Counted from the first letter of the stretch, positions 32,662 to 41,189 are shown. The stretch: 64,000 bases of DNA from Acidimicrobiales bacterium (GCA_050014835.1 JBEKCO010000001.1:32334-96333); one strand, 5' to 3'. The notes: generated by a model not told the origin, from the sequence alone. Translations and numbers: made by a program.

Positions 32662-33116
32662 CGGCTGACGAGGTAGCTGCCGAGGGTCAGCCAGGCCGCG
32701 AAGAGGATGCCGCGTGACCACTGGTGGCCGGCGGCCGAGCTGAGGAAGTAACTGACCGTCGGGTGCGCGTACCGCGGTGACCGGAAGTAGTTGGAGAGCT
32801 CGAAGGCGATCGCGACACCGGCCGCGGCGACCCAGATCAGGACGCCGCGCCCGGGGGACAGCGCCGTGCTGGGAAGCCCGGTCCGCCCGCCGTCGGCGGG
32901 CTTTGGCGCGCGGCTCGCGGTGGAGCGCCGGCGCGTGGCGACGAGGCTCGCCGCGACGAACGCCGCGATCGCCACCGCGGTGACGACCTCGGAGCCCGTC
33001 GAGAAGACGGTCGTGAAGCTCCCGACGACCACGAGCGCGATCCCAAACCCGGCCGGAACGACGAGACGTCGCACCCCGGCATTGTGGCGTCTCCGCCGAC
33101 GGATCGCATCTGACAC
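32658..33116 (-). CDS. membrane protein, paralogous C-terminus to the downstream small protein
   Basis: Several TM helices. The C-terminus AAWLTLGSYLVSR resembles the neighbour's. The start is uncertain (GTG at 33116 or 33074). Confidence 0.5.
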   Translation of the reverse strand: MSDAIRRRRRHNAGVRRLVVPAGFGIALVVVGSFTTVFSTGSEVVTAVAIAAFVAASLVATRRRSTASRAPKPADGGRTGLPSTALSPGRGVLIWVAAAGVAIAFELSNYFRSPRYAHPTVSYFLSSAAGHQWSRGILFAAWLTLGSYLVSR

Positions 33117-33273
33117 CTCATCCGCGGACGCGCCGGGCGCGGGCCGGACGGGGCGATGGTTGCGAGTTCGTGTCAGGTGACGGATTCGCAGGCCGCCCGC
33201 GCCGCGGCGCGCGATGATCCAGCCTGCGCGTTCGCTCGCGGGCGCGGGTTCGAATCGACATCGGGGAGTCGGG

Positions 33274-34035
33274 ATGGACGACGTGGCCGCAATGCCCGAG
33301 ACGGTGGTCGTCCTCGGAGGGGCGTCCGATCTCGCCGCGGCCGTGCTGCGACGACTCGCCAAGCAGCGCCTTTCGAAGGTGCTCCTGGCGGGGCGGCACC
33401 AGAGCGCCCTCGATGTGGTCGGGCGCGAGCTCACCGCCCTCGGCGTCGATGACGTGGAGACGGCGACGTTCGACGCCTGCGACGTGGGCGCGCACGAGGC
33501 CTTCGCCGACGAGGTCGCGCGCCGGATCGGGCCGATCGACCTCGTGATCGTCGCCGCCGGGCGCCTCAGCCTCGACAGGCCCGACGATCTCACGGCGGAT
33601 GACACCGCCGAGATGATCTCGACGAATTTCACCGGGCTCGCCGCGGCGATGGTCGCCTTCGCGCGGGTCCTGCGCCGCCAGGAGCGCGGGCGCATCGTCG
33701 TCTTCTCGTCGGCGGCGGCGGTACGGGTGCGGCGCGCGAACTTCGTCTACGGCGCCGCCAAGGCGGGCCTCGACGCTTTCGCCCGGGGGCTCGGCGAGGC
33801 ACTCGTCGGGAGCGGTGTCGACGTGATCGTCGTGCGTCCCGGGTTCGTCCACACGAAGATGACGCCGGGACGCCGCCCGCTGCCCCTCGCGACGACGGCC
33901 GACGCCGTCGCGGCGAACGTCGTTCGGGCGCTCGGTTCGGGTGACGCCGTCGTCTGGGCTCCCCGGGCGCTCCGGGTGCTGATGCCGCTCGTCCATCTCG
34001 TGCCGCGGCGCGTCTGGCGTCACTTCCCCGGCTAA
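33274..34035 (+). CDS. short-chain dehydrogenase/reductase (DprE2-like SDR)
   Basis: VVLGGASDLAAA near the N-terminus and catalytic YGAAKAGLDAF. Confidence 0.8.
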   Translation: MDDVAAMPETVVVLGGASDLAAAVLRRLAKQRLSKVLLAGRHQSALDVVGRELTALGVDDVETATFDACDVGAHEAFADEVARRIGPIDLVIVAAGRLSLDRPDDLTADDTAEMISTNFTGLAAAMVAFARVLRRQERGRIVVFSSAAAVRVRRANFVYGAAKAGLDAFARGLGEALVGSGVDVIVVRPGFVHTKMTPGRRPLPLATTADAVAANVVRALGSGDAVVWAPRALRVLMPLVHLVPRRVWRHFPG

Positions 34036-34046
34036 GGCCCGCTGCC

Positions 34047-34063
34047 CCCCGGGTGGCCCGGGG
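34047..34063. terminator. GC hairpin between convergent genes (candidate bidirectional terminator)
   Basis: CCCCGGG-tgg-CCCGGGG, a 7 bp stem. There is no U-tract. Confidence 0.35.
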
Positions 34064-34074
34064 CCGTCCGGTGT

Positions 34075-34848
34075 CTAGCCGCCCCAGGAGTTGGTGGCGA
34101 CGAGGGGACCGGGCGCGGGGAGGGCGTTCACGGCTGCAAGGTTGCGAGCGTTCGCCCGCCGCAACGCGGCGAGGCGGCTCGGCGACAACCGCTCGCAGAC
34201 CCAGTCCCAGTGGAGCGAGACGATCTCCCCGGCGCGCAGGTCCCGGAGGATCCCGACGCCGTCGACGGCGCGGCGGACCCGCTCGGTCCGCGCCGCGCCA
34301 AGGATGAGCCGATCGCCGCGGAACTCGAGCGTCCGGTTCCGCACGACGACGGTGTCGCCCTCGACCGCGACGACGCGGCCCCACCGGATGCGGCACCGGT
34401 CGAGGACGGCGAGCGCCGGACCCTCCGTCCCGGACCGCAACAGGCCGAGCCAGGGATAGACCGCGAAGACGTGGAAACTGTGGTGCGCCACCCCGCCGAG
34501 GGGCGCGGCCATCGCGATCGGCTCGAAGTCCCGACCGGTGCGGCGGGAGAATCGTTCGTCGAGCGAGGCGACGAGCGCAGCGGTGGGGACGCGATCGAGC
34601 AGACGGTTCCCGACCCAGTAGGCCTCGACGACCCGCTCGTCGAGGGGGTCGTCGAGGCCGTTGCACCCCGCGATGAGCTCGAGGTAGGGCCAGGCACCCT
34701 CGAAGCGCGAGGCGAGGTGCGTGAGCTCCCGGAGGTCATTCCCCTCGCTCGCCGCGCCGAGCAGCGCCGCGTGGTCCGCCGGCCCGCAGTAGCCGAGGGC
34801 GTTCGGTGGGTAGGCGTACCGGGCGAAAAGGATCGGCCCCAGGGTCAC
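34075..34848 (-). CDS. uncharacterised protein (DUF6390-like, tentative), last gene of the hydrogenase transcription unit
   Basis: GTG at 34848 overlaps the eamA stop (GTGA). N-terminal FARYAYPPNALGYCGP motif. 257 aa. Confidence 0.65.
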   Translation of the reverse strand: MTLGPILFARYAYPPNALGYCGPADHAALLGAASEGNDLRELTHLASRFEGAWPYLELIAGCNGLDDPLDERVVEAYWVGNRLLDRVPTAALVASLDERFSRRTGRDFEPIAMAAPLGGVAHHSFHVFAVYPWLGLLRSGTEGPALAVLDRCRIRWGRVVAVEGDTVVVRNRTLEFRGDRLILGAARTERVRRAVDGVGILRDLRAGEIVSLHWDWVCERLSPSRLAALRRANARNLAAVNALPAPGPLVATNSWGG

Positions 34849-35807
34849 GCGCGGGCGACTCGGGGCCAGGCCCGCACGACGGCGGCGACGCCGAGGGCGA
34901 GCAGCACGAGCCCGACGGTGTCGGAGGCGATTCCGGAGTGGTGGACGGCGGCGTCGAGGAAGAGCGTGACCGCCGCGGAGGCGACGAGGACCGAGGTGAC
35001 GTCGACGGCGCGGGCCCGGCTGAGCGCGGTCATCCAGGTCGCCACGTAGCCGCCGAGCAGGCAGCCGGTGACGAGCGCCCAGCGCAGTTCGGCGGCATCG
35101 AGCCCGACGAGCGCGTGGAACTGGCCCGTCGCCGCGAGGTAGCCGACGAGCACGACGGCGCCGCCGCCCATCCGCACGAGAGCGAGCGTCGACGGCGCGA
35201 CGCCGCGGAGCAGCCGCTTGGCGATGACCGTCTCGATCGCCCAGAGCACCGTCGCGCCGAGCACGAGGGCGTTGCCCGAGTTGAGGGCGAGGTGGCCGAC
35301 ACCGCCCGAGGTCAGCGTGACACCGACGACGAGCAGGGCGATCGCGGCGAGGTTCCAGCGCCCGACGCGCTCGCCGAGGAGCGGGAGCGCGGCGAGGGCG
35401 ACCCAGATGACGAGCGTGTCGTGGAGGAAGACCGCCGGCACCGCCGAGGTGCGGGCGAGCCCGTCGAAAAAGAAGATGAACGCCGCGCCGCCGCCGATGG
35501 CGGCGACGTAGGCGAAGCCGGCGAGCCGGGCGGGGCCGGCGAGCGGGCGCGGGCCCGTCCCGGACGGGACCGCGGGGACCGACGCCGCGGCCGGCCGGCG
35601 GGTCGCCAGCCAGGCGACGACGACGAACGCGGCGATGACGAGCGTCGCCGCGAGGTTCTTCGCCGTCGTGTAGACGGCGGGGGAGGCGAAGCTTCTCACG
35701 CCGTAGCTGTTGGTGAAGACCGAGATGCCGCTGATGATCGCCGTGGCGCCGGCGACGCACAGTCCGGGAAGGCGGGTCTTGCCTGCTGTCGTGTTCGAGT
35801 TGGCCAC
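34845..35807 (-). CDS. EamA/DMT family transporter
   Basis: 320 aa with about 10 TM helices and two EamA-like halves. Confidence 0.8.
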   Translation of the reverse strand: MANSNTTAGKTRLPGLCVAGATAIISGISVFTNSYGVRSFASPAVYTTAKNLAATLVIAAFVVVAWLATRRPAAASVPAVPSGTGPRPLAGPARLAGFAYVAAIGGGAAFIFFFDGLARTSAVPAVFLHDTLVIWVALAALPLLGERVGRWNLAAIALLVVGVTLTSGGVGHLALNSGNALVLGATVLWAIETVIAKRLLRGVAPSTLALVRMGGGAVVLVGYLAATGQFHALVGLDAAELRWALVTGCLLGGYVATWMTALSRARAVDVTSVLVASAAVTLFLDAAVHHSGIASDTVGLVLLALGVAAVVRAWPRVARA

Positions 35808-35815
35808 TTCGTCTC

Positions 35816-36067
35816 CTAGTTCGGACTGCTTTTCTCGTCAATCGCCGCGCTGGCGGCGCGGTACTCGGCGAGCACCGCCTCCGCCTCGGCCCGGTCGGCG
35901 GGGCCGAGTGCGTAGCCGCTGTGCGCCACCACCCAGTCGCCCGGTTGCGGCGCCTCGCCGTCGTAGGCGAGCAGCGACAGCGCGTGTTCGCTCCCGTCGA
36001 TGTCCGCGGCGAGCACCGAGCGGGCGTTGGTGACCGAGACGACCCGGTGGAGGCGGCTCATGCACAC
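35816..36067 (-). CDS. hypC: HypC/HybG/HupF family hydrogenase maturation chaperone
   Basis: Starting at GTG 36067 gives an N-terminal M-C (MCMSRLHRVVSV), which restores the essential Cys2. GDWVVAHSGYAL is also present. Confidence 0.7.
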   Translation of the reverse strand: MCMSRLHRVVSVTNARSVLAADIDGSEHALSLLAYDGEAPQPGDWVVAHSGYALGPADRAEAEAVLAEYRAASAAIDEKSSPN

Positions 36068-36080
36068 CGGCGGCCCCCGG

Positions 36081-36527
36081 TCATGACGCCTCGGCGATGA
36101 GCTCGGCGATACGGCGTGCCGCCGCGGGCACGGCGTCGCCGACGGCGGGGGAGAGGCCCTCCCCGTCGGAGAAGTCCTCCCCCTCGATGCCGACGACGAC
36201 GACTCGCGCCGGCGCGCGCCGCAGCACCTGCGCGAGCCGGACGACGCGGTCGAGGCCGATGGCGTGCGTGCTCTGGCTCGACCGGTAGACGGCGTCGCCG
36301 AGGTCGACGAGCCGGACCGTGCCGGCCGCGGCGTCGGAGCGGGTCGCGTCGACGAGGACGGCGAGGTCCGCCGCGTCCCACCGGCCGAGGAGGTCGAGGG
36401 GCTCGCCGATCGGGCCGATGTCGACCGCTCCGGTGGAAGCGGCGACGACCCGGGCGACGGCGGGCCCGGCACCGTCGTCGCGGCGGAAGGCGTTGCCGAT
36501 CCCGGCGACGACGACCCGCGCGGTCAT
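36081..36527 (-). CDS. hydrogenase maturation endopeptidase
   Basis: GIGNAFRRDDGAG motif. ATGA overlap with the large subunit stop. Confidence 0.8.
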   Translation of the reverse strand: MTARVVVAGIGNAFRRDDGAGPAVARVVAASTGAVDIGPIGEPLDLLGRWDAADLAVLVDATRSDAAAGTVRLVDLGDAVYRSSQSTHAIGLDRVVRLAQVLRRAPARVVVVGIEGEDFSDGEGLSPAVGDAVPAAARRIAELIAEAS

Positions 36528-37831
36528 GAGCGGTCGATCGACACGTCGAGGAAGTGGGCCGCGCACGAGATGCACGGGTCGTGGTTGCGCACGGCGAGCT
36601 CACAGCGGGCCGTGAGCTCGGTGTCGCCGAGCTCGAGGCCGGACTCGACGACCTGGCGGACGTCGGACTCGATCGTCAGCTGGTTCTGCGCCGTCGGGGG
36701 CATGATGCGCGCCGACAGGATCGTCCCCTCGGCGTCGAGCTCGTAGCGCTGCAGGAGCATGCCGCGGGGGGCCTCGGTCGCCCCGGCTCCGGCGTGGGCC
36801 CGGGGCGGGACCGGGACGGCCGCGGGCTCGGGCGGTTCGTACTCGGTCGCGAGCCGCAGCGCCTCGTCGCAGGCGAAGTAGAGCTCGACGGCCCGCACGA
36901 TGATGCTTTTGAACGGGTTCGCGCACACCGGACCGAGACCCGCCTCGGCGGCCGCGTCACGCGCCACCTTGGGCAGCTTCGACCCGTTGAGCGCGTAGCG
37001 GGCGAGCGGTCCAGTGAGGTACGGGTCGCGACCGCGCAGCCGGGAGTGGAGCGCCGACGAGCGCGCGACGTGCTCCTCGACGGCCACGTCGGCGAACTCG
37101 CCGGGGGTGGCGTCGATCCCGTCGGAGGACACGACCCGGCCCGCTTCGATCGCGTAGTGGTCGGGGTGCGAAAGCGCCACGAAGCGGTAATCCGCCTCGA
37201 TCTCGGGGAACTCGAAGCCGGCGACCCAGGCGATCGTTTCGAGCGACTCCTCCCGGGCGCGTTGGAGCGGCTCGATCATCGCGGCGATCTCGGCGCGTTC
37301 GGGGGAGCGGTAGAAACCCCCGACACGCACGTTCACGGGGTGGATCGCCCGTCCGCCGACCAGTTCCATGAGGTGGTTGCCGATCTTTTTCAGGCGCAGG
37401 CCGCGTTCGACGGCGGCCGGGTTCAGCGCGGCCAGCTCGACGGCATCCCGGCAGCCGAAGAAGTCCGGGGCGTGGAGCAGGTAGATGTGGAGGGCGTGGC
37501 TCTGGATCCATTCGCCGCAGTACAGGAGGCGCCGGAGCTTGCCGACCGACTCGGGGACCGTGACGCCGCAGGCGTCCTCGATGGCCGCGCAGGCGGACAT
37601 CTGGTAGGCGACGGGGCAGATCCCGCAGATGCGCGCCGTGATGTCCGGTGACTCCTCGTAGCCCCGGCCGACGAGGAAGGCCTCGAAGAAGCGCGGCGGC
37701 TCGAAGATCTCGAGCTCGACGCGTTCGAGGACCCCGTCGTGGATCGCGACGTGGAGTGACCCCTCGCCCTCGACCCGGGCGAGGCCGTGGACGTCGATCG
37801 TGCGGTTCGCGTTGGGTCCGCTAGGCGTCAT
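36524..37831 (-). CDS. hyhL: [NiFe]-hydrogenase large (alpha) subunit, group 3b type
   Basis: N-terminal RICGICPVAY and C-terminal DPCISCAAH nickel-binding motifs. The tail FLDVSIDRS follows the His where the protease would cleave. Confidence 0.9.
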   Translation of the reverse strand: MTPSGPNANRTIDVHGLARVEGEGSLHVAIHDGVLERVELEIFEPPRFFEAFLVGRGYEESPDITARICGICPVAYQMSACAAIEDACGVTVPESVGKLRRLLYCGEWIQSHALHIYLLHAPDFFGCRDAVELAALNPAAVERGLRLKKIGNHLMELVGGRAIHPVNVRVGGFYRSPERAEIAAMIEPLQRAREESLETIAWVAGFEFPEIEADYRFVALSHPDHYAIEAGRVVSSDGIDATPGEFADVAVEEHVARSSALHSRLRGRDPYLTGPLARYALNGSKLPKVARDAAAEAGLGPVCANPFKSIIVRAVELYFACDEALRLATEYEPPEPAAVPVPPRAHAGAGATEAPRGMLLQRYELDAEGTILSARIMPPTAQNQLTIESDVRQVVESGLELGDTELTARCELAVRNHDPCISCAAHFLDVSIDRS

Positions 37832-38594
37832 GCTCGAGACTCTCCTTTGAGAACTCGGTCGCGGCGGAGTTGAAGGTCCGGAAGATCCGCGACACCCCCC
37901 GCTCGGACAGGCCGAGATCGGCGAGCCGCTTCGAAAGCGACCCGGTGTTCGTCGTGTTCGCCGGGCCGAAGCAGCCGTAGCAGCCGCGGTTCACCGCCGG
38001 GCAGAGGGCGCCGCAGCCGGCGCGTGTCACCGGGCCGAGGCACGGTGTCCCGTGGGCGACGAGGACGCAGAGATTGCCGACCGTCTTACACTCCTCGCAG
38101 ACGCTGTAGCCGGGGATGACCGGGCGGCGGCCGGCGAGAAGCGCGGTGACGACCTCGATGAGCTGGAGGCGGTTGATCGGGCAGCCGCGCAGTTCGAAGT
38201 CGACCTGGACGTACGACGAGATCGGGCTGCTCTCGGCGAGGGTCGAGATGTACTGCGGATGCGCGTAGACGGTCGAGGTGTACTCGCCGACGTTCGCGTA
38301 GTTTCGGAGCGCCTGGATCCCGCCGGCTGTCGCGCACGCCCCGATGGTCACGAGGAGCCCCGAGGCGGCGCGCACCGCGAGGATCCGGTCGGCGTCGTCG
38401 GGGGTCGTGATCGATCCCTCGACGAGCGAGACGTCGTAGGGACCCTCGATCACGGCGCTCGTCATCTCGGTGAAGCTGGCGATCTGAACGGCCTGTGCCA
38501 GCTGGAGGAGCTCGTCCTCGCAGTCGAGGATGCCGAGCTGGCAGCCGTCGCACGAGGCGAACTTCCACACCGCAAGCGTCGGTCGACTCGTCAT
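37821..38594 (-). CDS. hyhS: [NiFe]-hydrogenase small (delta) subunit
   Basis: Motifs FASCDGCQL and GACATAGG. The C-terminal Cys-rich region is CEECK...CLGPVTRAGCGALCP. Confidence 0.85.
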   Translation of the reverse strand: MTSRPTLAVWKFASCDGCQLGILDCEDELLQLAQAVQIASFTEMTSAVIEGPYDVSLVEGSITTPDDADRILAVRAASGLLVTIGACATAGGIQALRNYANVGEYTSTVYAHPQYISTLAESSPISSYVQVDFELRGCPINRLQLIEVVTALLAGRRPVIPGYSVCEECKTVGNLCVLVAHGTPCLGPVTRAGCGALCPAVNRGCYGCFGPANTTNTGSLSKRLADLGLSERGVSRIFRTFNSAATEFSKESLEHDA

Positions 38595-39436
38595 CGTTCG
38601 CTCTCCGTGATCAGCTCCGCCGCGAGCGGCGCGTAGGGGACAACCGGTCCGTCCCGGCACAGCAGGTACGGCCCGAGTTGACAGTGCCCGCACATCGCGA
38701 TGCCGCACTGCATGTTGCGCTCGAGCGACACCCGGATGTTCTCCGGCGCGACGCCGAGGTCGATGAGCGAGCGCGCGCTGAAGCGCATCATGATCTCGGG
38801 TCCGCAGACGAGTGCGACCGCGCCTTCGCCGTCGAAGGGGAGCTCGGCGAGGATCTGGGTCACGACGCCGACGTGGCCGGTCCACCCGGCGTCGGCGACG
38901 TCGACCGTCACCGCGACGTCGATGCCCATCTCGCCCCAGCGGGCGATCTCGTCGGGGAACACGATCTGGTCCGGGAGCCGGGCCCCGACGCGCAGGGCGA
39001 CGGTGCGCTCGGGCGACTTGTTCTCGGCGAGGTAGCGCATGGCGCCGCGCAGCGGCGCGAGGCCGATGCCACCGGCGACGACGACGACGTCAACGGCATC
39101 GAGGCTCGCGAGACCCCAGTCGGTGCCGAACGGGCCGCGCACGCCGACGATGTCGCCCACCGCGGACTGCGAGAGCGCGTGGCTCACGGTGCCCACGTCG
39201 CGGACGGTGTGCTCGATCGCGCCCGGCGCGCCCGGCGCCGAGCTGATGGAGATGGCGATCTCGCCGACCCCGAACACGGTCAGCATGTTGAACTGCCCCG
39301 CCTCGAAGGCGTCGATCGGCTGATCGACCGGTTCGAGCCACAGTGTCGTGATGTCGAACGTCTCCGTCTTGCGGTCCACGACCCGGTACCGGGAGGGCAC
39401 GAACGGCCCGGGCTTCGTCAGTGCAGCTTCAGTCAT
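38591..39436 (-). CDS. hyhG: hydrogenase gamma subunit (FAD/NAD(P)-binding, 2Fe-2S, AsrB/PyrK-like)
   Basis: ATG at 39436. Ferredoxin-reductase fold and a C-terminal CGIAMCGHCQ cluster. Confidence 0.85.
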   Translation of the reverse strand: MTEAALTKPGPFVPSRYRVVDRKTETFDITTLWLEPVDQPIDAFEAGQFNMLTVFGVGEIAISISSAPGAPGAIEHTVRDVGTVSHALSQSAVGDIVGVRGPFGTDWGLASLDAVDVVVVAGGIGLAPLRGAMRYLAENKSPERTVALRVGARLPDQIVFPDEIARWGEMGIDVAVTVDVADAGWTGHVGVVTQILAELPFDGEGAVALVCGPEIMMRFSARSLIDLGVAPENIRVSLERNMQCGIAMCGHCQLGPYLLCRDGPVVPYAPLAAELITESER

Positions 39437-39896
39437 CAAGGCTGTGCCCGTAGAGGTCGAGGAGACGGACGCGTGTCGATTGCAGGCGAGAGAGCAGGAC
39501 GCCGCTGATGCGCTGCAGGAGCGCGTAGCCGAACACGGGGTCGGCGTCGGCCTTGGCCCGCAGGCACGTGCCGTCGATGGCGACGGCGCCGACCGGATCG
39601 ATCGCCACGCCGTCGAATTGCCAGCGGTAGGGCGGCACGAGCCAGGACCAGCCGAGCACGCTGTTCGGGCCGATCGTCTCGATGACGAGCGGCTTTCCGG
39701 ACGGACGTTGCACCTGGAGGGCGACCCGCCCCCGACGCAGGAGGTACAAGGTGTCGGCCGGCTCGCCTTCGACGAGGATGCGGGCTCCGGGCTCGAAAGC
39801 GACGTTCTGCGCGCACCCGACGGCGAGCTCGATCGTCGAGTCGGGGAGACCGACGAACAACGAGTTCTTGGCGATGAGATCGCTCAACTCTTCCAT
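39429..39896 (-). CDS. cyclic-nucleotide-binding-like domain protein (single domain, no DNA-binding domain)
   Basis: 155 aa with a beta-roll pattern FVGLP...GARILVEGEPADTLYLLRRGRVAL...LGWSWL. Embedded between the beta and gamma subunit genes. Confidence 0.7.
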   Translation of the reverse strand: MEELSDLIAKNSLFVGLPDSTIELAVGCAQNVAFEPGARILVEGEPADTLYLLRRGRVALQVQRPSGKPLVIETIGPNSVLGWSWLVPPYRWQFDGVAIDPVGAVAIDGTCLRAKADADPVFGYALLQRISGVLLSRLQSTRVRLLDLYGHSLDD

Positions 39897-39901
39897 CACG
39901 C

Positions 39902-41053
39902 CTACCTGTCCCGAACCGCAGCGGGTTCGTCCTTTTTCACCGCTCCGTCGCTCGCCGCGATCGCGGCGAGCTCCTCGGTGATGTCGATGCCCACCGGACA
40001 CCACGTGATGCAGCGCCCGCAACCGATGCAACCCGAGTTCCCGAACTGGTCCACCCAAGTCGAGAGCTTGTGGGTCATCCACTGGCGGTAGCGGGATCGC
40101 GTGGAGACGCGGACGGAACCGCCGTGCAGATAGGAGTGGGCGAGGTCGAAGCACGAGTCCCAGCGGCGGGTCTGCTCGACGGTGCCGGTGAGGTCGGTCT
40201 TCTCCTCGACGGCGGCGCAGAAGCAGGTCGGGCACACGAGCGTGCAGTTCCCGCAGGCGAGACAGCGGGTGGCGACGTCGTCCCAGCGCGGGTGCTCCAG
40301 GTTGCGCGCGAGCAGCCCCGGGGCTGCGGCGGCGTCGAGCGTCCGGCTGATGGCGGACTCGGCACGGCCGATGACCGCGTCGCGGGCCTTCGCATCGTCG
40401 GCGGTCGCCGGCCGCGAGGGGATCTCGGCGAGCACGGCGCCGCCTCGCTCCGATCCCACGCGTACGAGGAACCGGTGATCGGGTCCGGTGAGCTCCGTGA
40501 GCGCGAGGTCGAAGTTCCCCCCAGCGGCGGGGCCGGAGCCCATCGAGGTGCAGAAGCAGGTCGCCGCGGGGGCGCCGCACTCCACGGTGACGACGAACGC
40601 CGCGTCACGCCGGCGGGTGAAGACGGGATCGGGGCGGGCCGCCCCGGCGAGCACGCCGCCGAGGACGTCGAGGGCCGCGACCTCGCACGGGCGGGCTCCG
40701 AAGAACGCCTCGCGGGGGGCGTCGTCGGCTCCCGCCTCGATCGCGACTTCACCTCCGTCGCGCCGGGCGCGCCACAGCACCGCCTGGGAGGGGAAGACCG
40801 ATTGCTTGAACGATTCGGGACCGACCGCCCATCCGAACAGCTCGTGGTCGCCGCCGTGACTGATGCGGTACGAACCGGGTCGCTGTTCGTCATGCCAGCC
40901 GTTCGGGAGATCCGCGACGGACTGGATCTCGCGATGGACGATGGCACCGTTGGACACCACGGGCCCCATGACGCGGTAGCCCTGGGCCCGAAGCGATGCG
41001 ATGAGCGAGTCGACCCCGTCCGGATCGATGACGACACCATCAGGGGAAGGCAC
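39902..41053 (-). CDS. hyhB: hydrogenase beta subunit (4Fe-4S, AsrA-like)
   Basis: Cluster motifs CLACGNCTLVCPTCFC and CIGCGRCITWCP. Confidence 0.85.
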   Translation of the reverse strand: MPSPDGVVIDPDGVDSLIASLRAQGYRVMGPVVSNGAIVHREIQSVADLPNGWHDEQRPGSYRISHGGDHELFGWAVGPESFKQSVFPSQAVLWRARRDGGEVAIEAGADDAPREAFFGARPCEVAALDVLGGVLAGAARPDPVFTRRRDAAFVVTVECGAPAATCFCTSMGSGPAAGGNFDLALTELTGPDHRFLVRVGSERGGAVLAEIPSRPATADDAKARDAVIGRAESAISRTLDAAAAPGLLARNLEHPRWDDVATRCLACGNCTLVCPTCFCAAVEEKTDLTGTVEQTRRWDSCFDLAHSYLHGGSVRVSTRSRYRQWMTHKLSTWVDQFGNSGCIGCGRCITWCPVGIDITEELAAIAASDGAVKKDEPAAVRDR

Positions 41054-41145
41054 GCCGACACGTTAGGGCGCGGCTCGTCGCCACGGAAGGGCCGGTGGAC
41101 CCATTCCTGAGAAGGGATTCCGGGCCAAAGCACCCCGGGGCATGT

Positions 41146-41189
41146 GACCATCGGCCCTGGTCAACGCAGCTGGCCAACGCGACCATCGG
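41146..41189. promoter_or_regulatory. nested direct repeats A-B-B'-A in the divergent hydrogenase/oxidoreductase promoter region
   Basis: GACCATCGG occurs at 41146-41154 and 41181-41189. TGGTCAACGC is at 41158-41167 and TGGCCAACGC at 41171-41180. TGACCA-N7-TGGTCA also forms an inverted repeat. Confidence 0.3.

Noticed and set aside
33244-33259. tRNA T-loop-like string GCGGGTTCGAATCGAC in the spacer before the SDR gene.
   Set aside because: The flanks do not form a T-stem (no complementary CCCGC), and no acceptor, D or anticodon arms can be drawn. It is not a tRNA.
30353-33270. The possibility that DUF3040, the small ORF, the HNH endonuclease, the BPL/LPL protein and the small membrane proteins form a defence or mobile island.
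   Set aside because: There is no integrase, transposase, flanking repeat, methyltransferase, ATPase or toxin-like partner. The codon style matches the rest of the window. DUF3040 and this HNH type are commonly conserved housekeeping-neighbourhood genes in actinobacteria.
34075-35841. A single 588 aa minus-strand ORF spanning the DUF6390-like and eamA regions.
   Set aside because: Only the last 257 codons (from GTG 34848) look like a real protein. The upstream part is an alternative frame of the well-supported 320 aa EamA transporter gene (34845..35807).
41143-41158. A CRP/GlxR-type site (TGTGA-N6-TCACA) or DosR box in the hydrogenase promoter region.
   Set aside because: Only one half-site (TGTGA) is present, and the second half reads GCCCT. 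No GGGAC...GTCCC palindrome is seen. It cannot be called.
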